From Theionarchaea archaeon (GTDB lineage Archaea > Methanobacteriota_B > Thermococci > Methanofastidiosales > SZ-28-30): 64,000 nucleotides of DNA. Below are positions 61,174 to 64,000 of the stretch, piece after piece. Made by a program: the position numbers and the translations under genes. Numbering within the stretch: position 1 is the stretch's first letter; every line of letters starts with the position of its first letter. Below the pieces are notes generated by a model. It saw only the letters and a program-made list of their open reading frames with translations, did no database searches and had not been told where the DNA came from. The stretch covers positions 67,349-131,348 of the forward strand of contig JACVGT010000014.1 of the NCBI GenBank assembly GCA_018992685.1, in the 5' to 3' direction.

Positions 61174-61881
61174 GTGTCAATCGAAGCTGTACTCTTTGAT
61201 CTAGACGACACGCTAATCAGAAGATCTATGAAGAAGCCAGAAGACTTACACAGAGTTCTAAATCAGAAAAACATATCAGTTTCTCTGGAAGAGGTAAGAA
61301 GGGCATGTTGCCGACTGGAAAGTGAACTACAGGAAAGTCTGGGATATAAATTGAAGACTCAGCGTGGAAAGGTTCCTCATTCCACACTTTACCACATATG
61401 GAAATCATATTTCTATAAAGCGATCGGAATAGAAGCTCATAAGATGAATGGGAAACACGAAATTGATCTAGGCTGGGCAGATATCTGTGATACCGAAATC
61501 TATCCTGACGTAATTCCTTTTTTGGCAAATCTGAAGTCTCAAGGGATTAGGGTGGGGATTATTTCAAATGCCTATGAAAGGGAAGTGGAACAAATACTAG
61601 AGATCGCGGGATTGGACAGGGAGTTCTTTGATATCATTGTCGGGCCGGATACTGCATCTAGTATTAAGCCGGAGCCGGAAATCTTCCTGCATGTATTGAG
61701 GATTCTTGGGGTCGAACCTGCCCACGCAATCTATGTGGGAAATGATCTAGAGAGAGATTATGTAGGAGCTGAAGAAGTAGGCATGAAATCTTTTTTGATC
61801 TTGAGATCAGAAAATGAGAAAGTAAACGAAAATGTAAGACTCATCAGGAATCTCACGTCTCTGAAAGAGCAGTTGGACTAG
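61174..61881 (+). CDS. HAD-superfamily hydrolase
   Basis: FDLDDTL, ISN, KPEPEIF, VGNDLERDYVGA; GGAGG RBS before GTG. Confidence 0.92.
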   Translation: MSIEAVLFDLDDTLIRRSMKKPEDLHRVLNQKNISVSLEEVRRACCRLESELQESLGYKLKTQRGKVPHSTLYHIWKSYFYKAIGIEAHKMNGKHEIDLGWADICDTEIYPDVIPFLANLKSQGIRVGIISNAYEREVEQILEIAGLDREFFDIIVGPDTASSIKPEPEIFLHVLRILGVEPAHAIYVGNDLERDYVGAEEVGMKSFLILRSENEKVNENVRLIRNLTSLKEQLD

Positions 61882-62060
61882 TACCCCGATCTTCTTTGAG
61901 GTTCCCCGATACTCTCTAGTCTATCATCATCGAATTGAACATGATTTTCTGGTGTAATGCCTGGCTTCTAATGTTGCTCTGGCTTTCCCAGCCATGCTCG
62001 ATGAGACTCAGTTTTCTAGAAAAAAAATGTAACTTCGCTAAAAAAAGAAAAGATGAAAAA

Positions 62061-62717
62061 TCATCTTCTTGTAACTTTCCCGATAGCCATTCCGTAGAAT
62101 ATGACAATCCATGCAACTGCATGAAGCAGATGAGTTGCCGCTTCAACAGCAACCGAAAGTGCCAATCCAAAGATGACGGCAGTCAATGCATCTAAGGCCC
62201 ATCCATAAGCCAGCAGTGAAACTGTTCTTCTCCGTGGATCGCCTGCTTCGAGTCTCCTGTATACCCGATAGAAGAGAAATGCTATGGAGAACTTGATCGG
62301 TCCCATCACAATGATCCCTGATAGAACAGTAGCTCCAGCAATGAAATCTTGTTCGTCAGCAAATATGCTAAAAAGTGCAATAATCGAAAAGAATATCACC
62401 AGAAGGATGACCGAAAATTTCTCTCTGAAAAAAGATCCTGAGCTGAAAAACAGTTGGGATGCTCCATAGTACAATAGTACCATTGCCAAAGCCAACACCA
62501 TGAATCCAAGGGTCATTGCAAGTACTCCGACTTGAGTGGGACCAGATACTTCAACGAGAATGGGTTGAATCTGCGTCAAAGAATACAGGAAGAGCCCCAC
62601 TGCCCAAGCGAGTGATGCACGTAGCCTCTTGGCAAAGTAGTCACGGAAAAAATAGAGCGAAAGTACCAATCCTGCCGCAATGGCAACTACGTAGGTTCCG
62701 GTAACCAAGTAGTTCAT
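62061..62717 (-). CDS. Polytopic (about 7 TM) membrane protein
   Basis: Seven hydrophobic segments; resembles stand-alone sensor N-terminal domains. Confidence 0.75.
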   Translation of the reverse strand: MNYLVTGTYVVAIAAGLVLSLYFFRDYFAKRLRASLAWAVGLFLYSLTQIQPILVEVSGPTQVGVLAMTLGFMVLALAMVLLYYGASQLFFSSGSFFREKFSVILLVIFFSIIALFSIFADEQDFIAGATVLSGIIVMGPIKFSIAFLFYRVYRRLEAGDPRRRTVSLLAYGWALDALTAVIFGLALSVAVEAATHLLHAVAWIVIFYGMAIGKVTRR

Positions 62718-62833
62718 GAATTCACCTTTTGGGTTTTGTTTGAGGGTCGAGTCATAGCTCGTACTATTAGGATAATGTGACGGACTCATATTTAAGTCTA
62801 TCTGTTAGGATGGCTTCGGGACAGAATTCATTT

Positions 62834-62995
62834 TCACTTCTTTAGGATTATGACATAAGCCCTCCTGCCGATATATTCTCTTGGAGCACCAATCTTTGCG
62901 CTGTTTCCAAACGGAGTTATTTCTTTCTCATATACCATTTCTGCTTCATCGGTGAGCACGATCTTCTCATTGTCAATGATCTCAATTTTCCTCAT
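62834..62995 (-). CDS. DUF2080 transposase-associated protein
   Basis: YEKEITPFGNSAKIGAPREYIGRRAYVII. Confidence 0.9.
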   Translation of the reverse strand: MRKIEIIDNEKIVLTDEAEMVYEKEITPFGNSAKIGAPREYIGRRAYVIILKK

Positions 62996-63046
62996 ATATA
63001 GGATATCCAAGGATATCCTTATAAAGGTTTCTCTCATTGTAACTTT

Positions 63047-64000
63047 ATGAGGATCACAAAGAAGGAGGTACAAGACGCGATCAATACGTTAAAAATAGTG
63101 AGAAAGAAGATTTTTGAGGGGAGAAAACCAGACTACTCCCATACAGAGTGGGAACAGAAGAGAAAGAAGGTGAATGAAAAACTGAGAAAGCTCTATGCAT
63201 TCGTTGATGAGGCAGTCAGTACCATTGCCATTACACACTCCCGTGGCAGACCAAGAACTCTTGACCTGGCAAAGAGGACCATACTCTTCCTGTTTACTGT
63301 GCTCATTAACAAGAGCAACAGAGATACTGCTGCATTACTCGAATTTTTCGAGCCATTTTTTGGATTCAAAGTCAACTACAAGTACATAGAAAGACTCTAC
63401 TCTGATGAACAGGTCAAGGCGGCCTTACACAATATCTTCTACCTGCTACTGGTAGCTGAAGGGATATCTGGTAAGTTCGCAGGTGATGGTACGGGATATT
63501 CTCTAACCATTACGAAGCACTACCGGTCCACTCCTCAAAAGAAGGCAAAAGATTACCGGTATGCCTTCAGGTTGATTGACCTGGAGACTGGCATGTACAC
63601 AGGGGTTGGATACTCCACACGATCAGAAATGGATGCGTTCAACAAGGCCATGAGTATGCTCTCTGATTCTGGAATATCAATCACTTCCATTGCTCTAGAC
63701 AAGTACTACAGCTCACGAAAGGTATTAAAGCTCTTTGGTGAAGAAACAGCAGTATACGTCATCCCCAAAAACAATATTTCGAGAATAGGACCAAAATGGG
63801 CGAAAATCTTCAAAACGATCATGGAAAACCCTGTTGAATACCTGGAAAAGTACTTCCAGAGAAACCTGAGTGAAACAGGCTTCTCAGCAGATAAGAGACG
63901 ATTTGGATGGACACTACGCCAGAAACGAGAGGATAGACAGGAAACAGCCATGTTTTCCATTGCCCTTCTGCATAATCTCTTTGCAGTACGAGTGTCAACG
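63047..64000 (+). CDS. DDE transposase (open to the window edge)
   Basis: Manual translation MRITKKEV...RGRP...KSNR...YKYIERLYSD...GDGTGY...LDKYYS...RNLSETGFSADKRRFG, no internal stop. Confidence 0.9.
   Translation, partial: MRITKKEVQDAINTLKIVRKKIFEGRKPDYSHTEWEQKRKKVNEKLRKLYAFVDEAVSTIAITHSRGRPRTLDLAKRTILFLFTVLINKSNRDTAALLEFFEPFFGFKVNYKYIERLYSDEQVKAALHNIFYLLLVAEGISGKFAGDGTGYSLTITKHYRSTPQKKAKDYRYAFRLIDLETGMYTGVGYSTRSEMDAFNKAMSMLSDSGISITSIALDKYYSSRKVLKLFGEETAVYVIPKNNISRIGPKWAKIFKTIMENPVEYLEKYFQRNLSETGFSADKRRFGWTLRQKREDRQETAMFSIALLHNLFAVRVST

Larger units (their letters stand above)
62815..64000. mobile_element. ISA1214-like insertion sequence (right end outside the window)
   Basis: Terminal TTCGGGACAGAATT, small DUF2080 ORF divergent from a DDE transposase. 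Confidence 0.85.

Overview
A gene-dense archaeal chromosomal window, shown by a histone, PCNA, rps24e/rps27ae, Kae1/Bud32, Taw1, SepRS, archaeal-type ThrRS and TPI, an intron-containing tRNA-Met, BRE/TATA promoters and GGAGGTGA ribosome-binding sites. The gene mix suggests an anaerobic euryarchaeon with H4MPT-linked C1 metabolism, possibly an uncultured sediment lineage such as Ca. Theionarchaea (inference only). Most genes are housekeeping or central metabolism: guaA, malic enzyme, a 2-oxoacid/acetoin dehydrogenase operon, mob/fdhD, aconitase X, LeuCD-like, fae-hps, a t6A cluster and tpi-gap. An ISA1214-like IS runs off the right edge. Strongest leads: (1) a bacterial-type class II diterpene cyclase with an intact DxDD motif next to a HAD phosphatase (59500-61881), plus a separate locus with a class I isoprenoid-synthase-fold protein, a CoA ligase and a prenyltransferase-repeat protein (31194-34974), together hinting at cyclic terpenoid biosynthesis in an archaeon; (2) a DapA-family aldolase lacking the DHDPS substrate arginine, fused to formaldehyde-activating enzyme (27415-28872), suggesting an undescribed formaldehyde-releasing or -fixing step; (3) an uncalled 29-aa peptide gene with full expression signals divergent from an ArsR-TldD-PmbA operon (23121-23210). 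Several enzymes carry altered catalytic motifs (endonuclease V, FdhD, E3). All assignments come from motif recognition by eye; no database searches were run.
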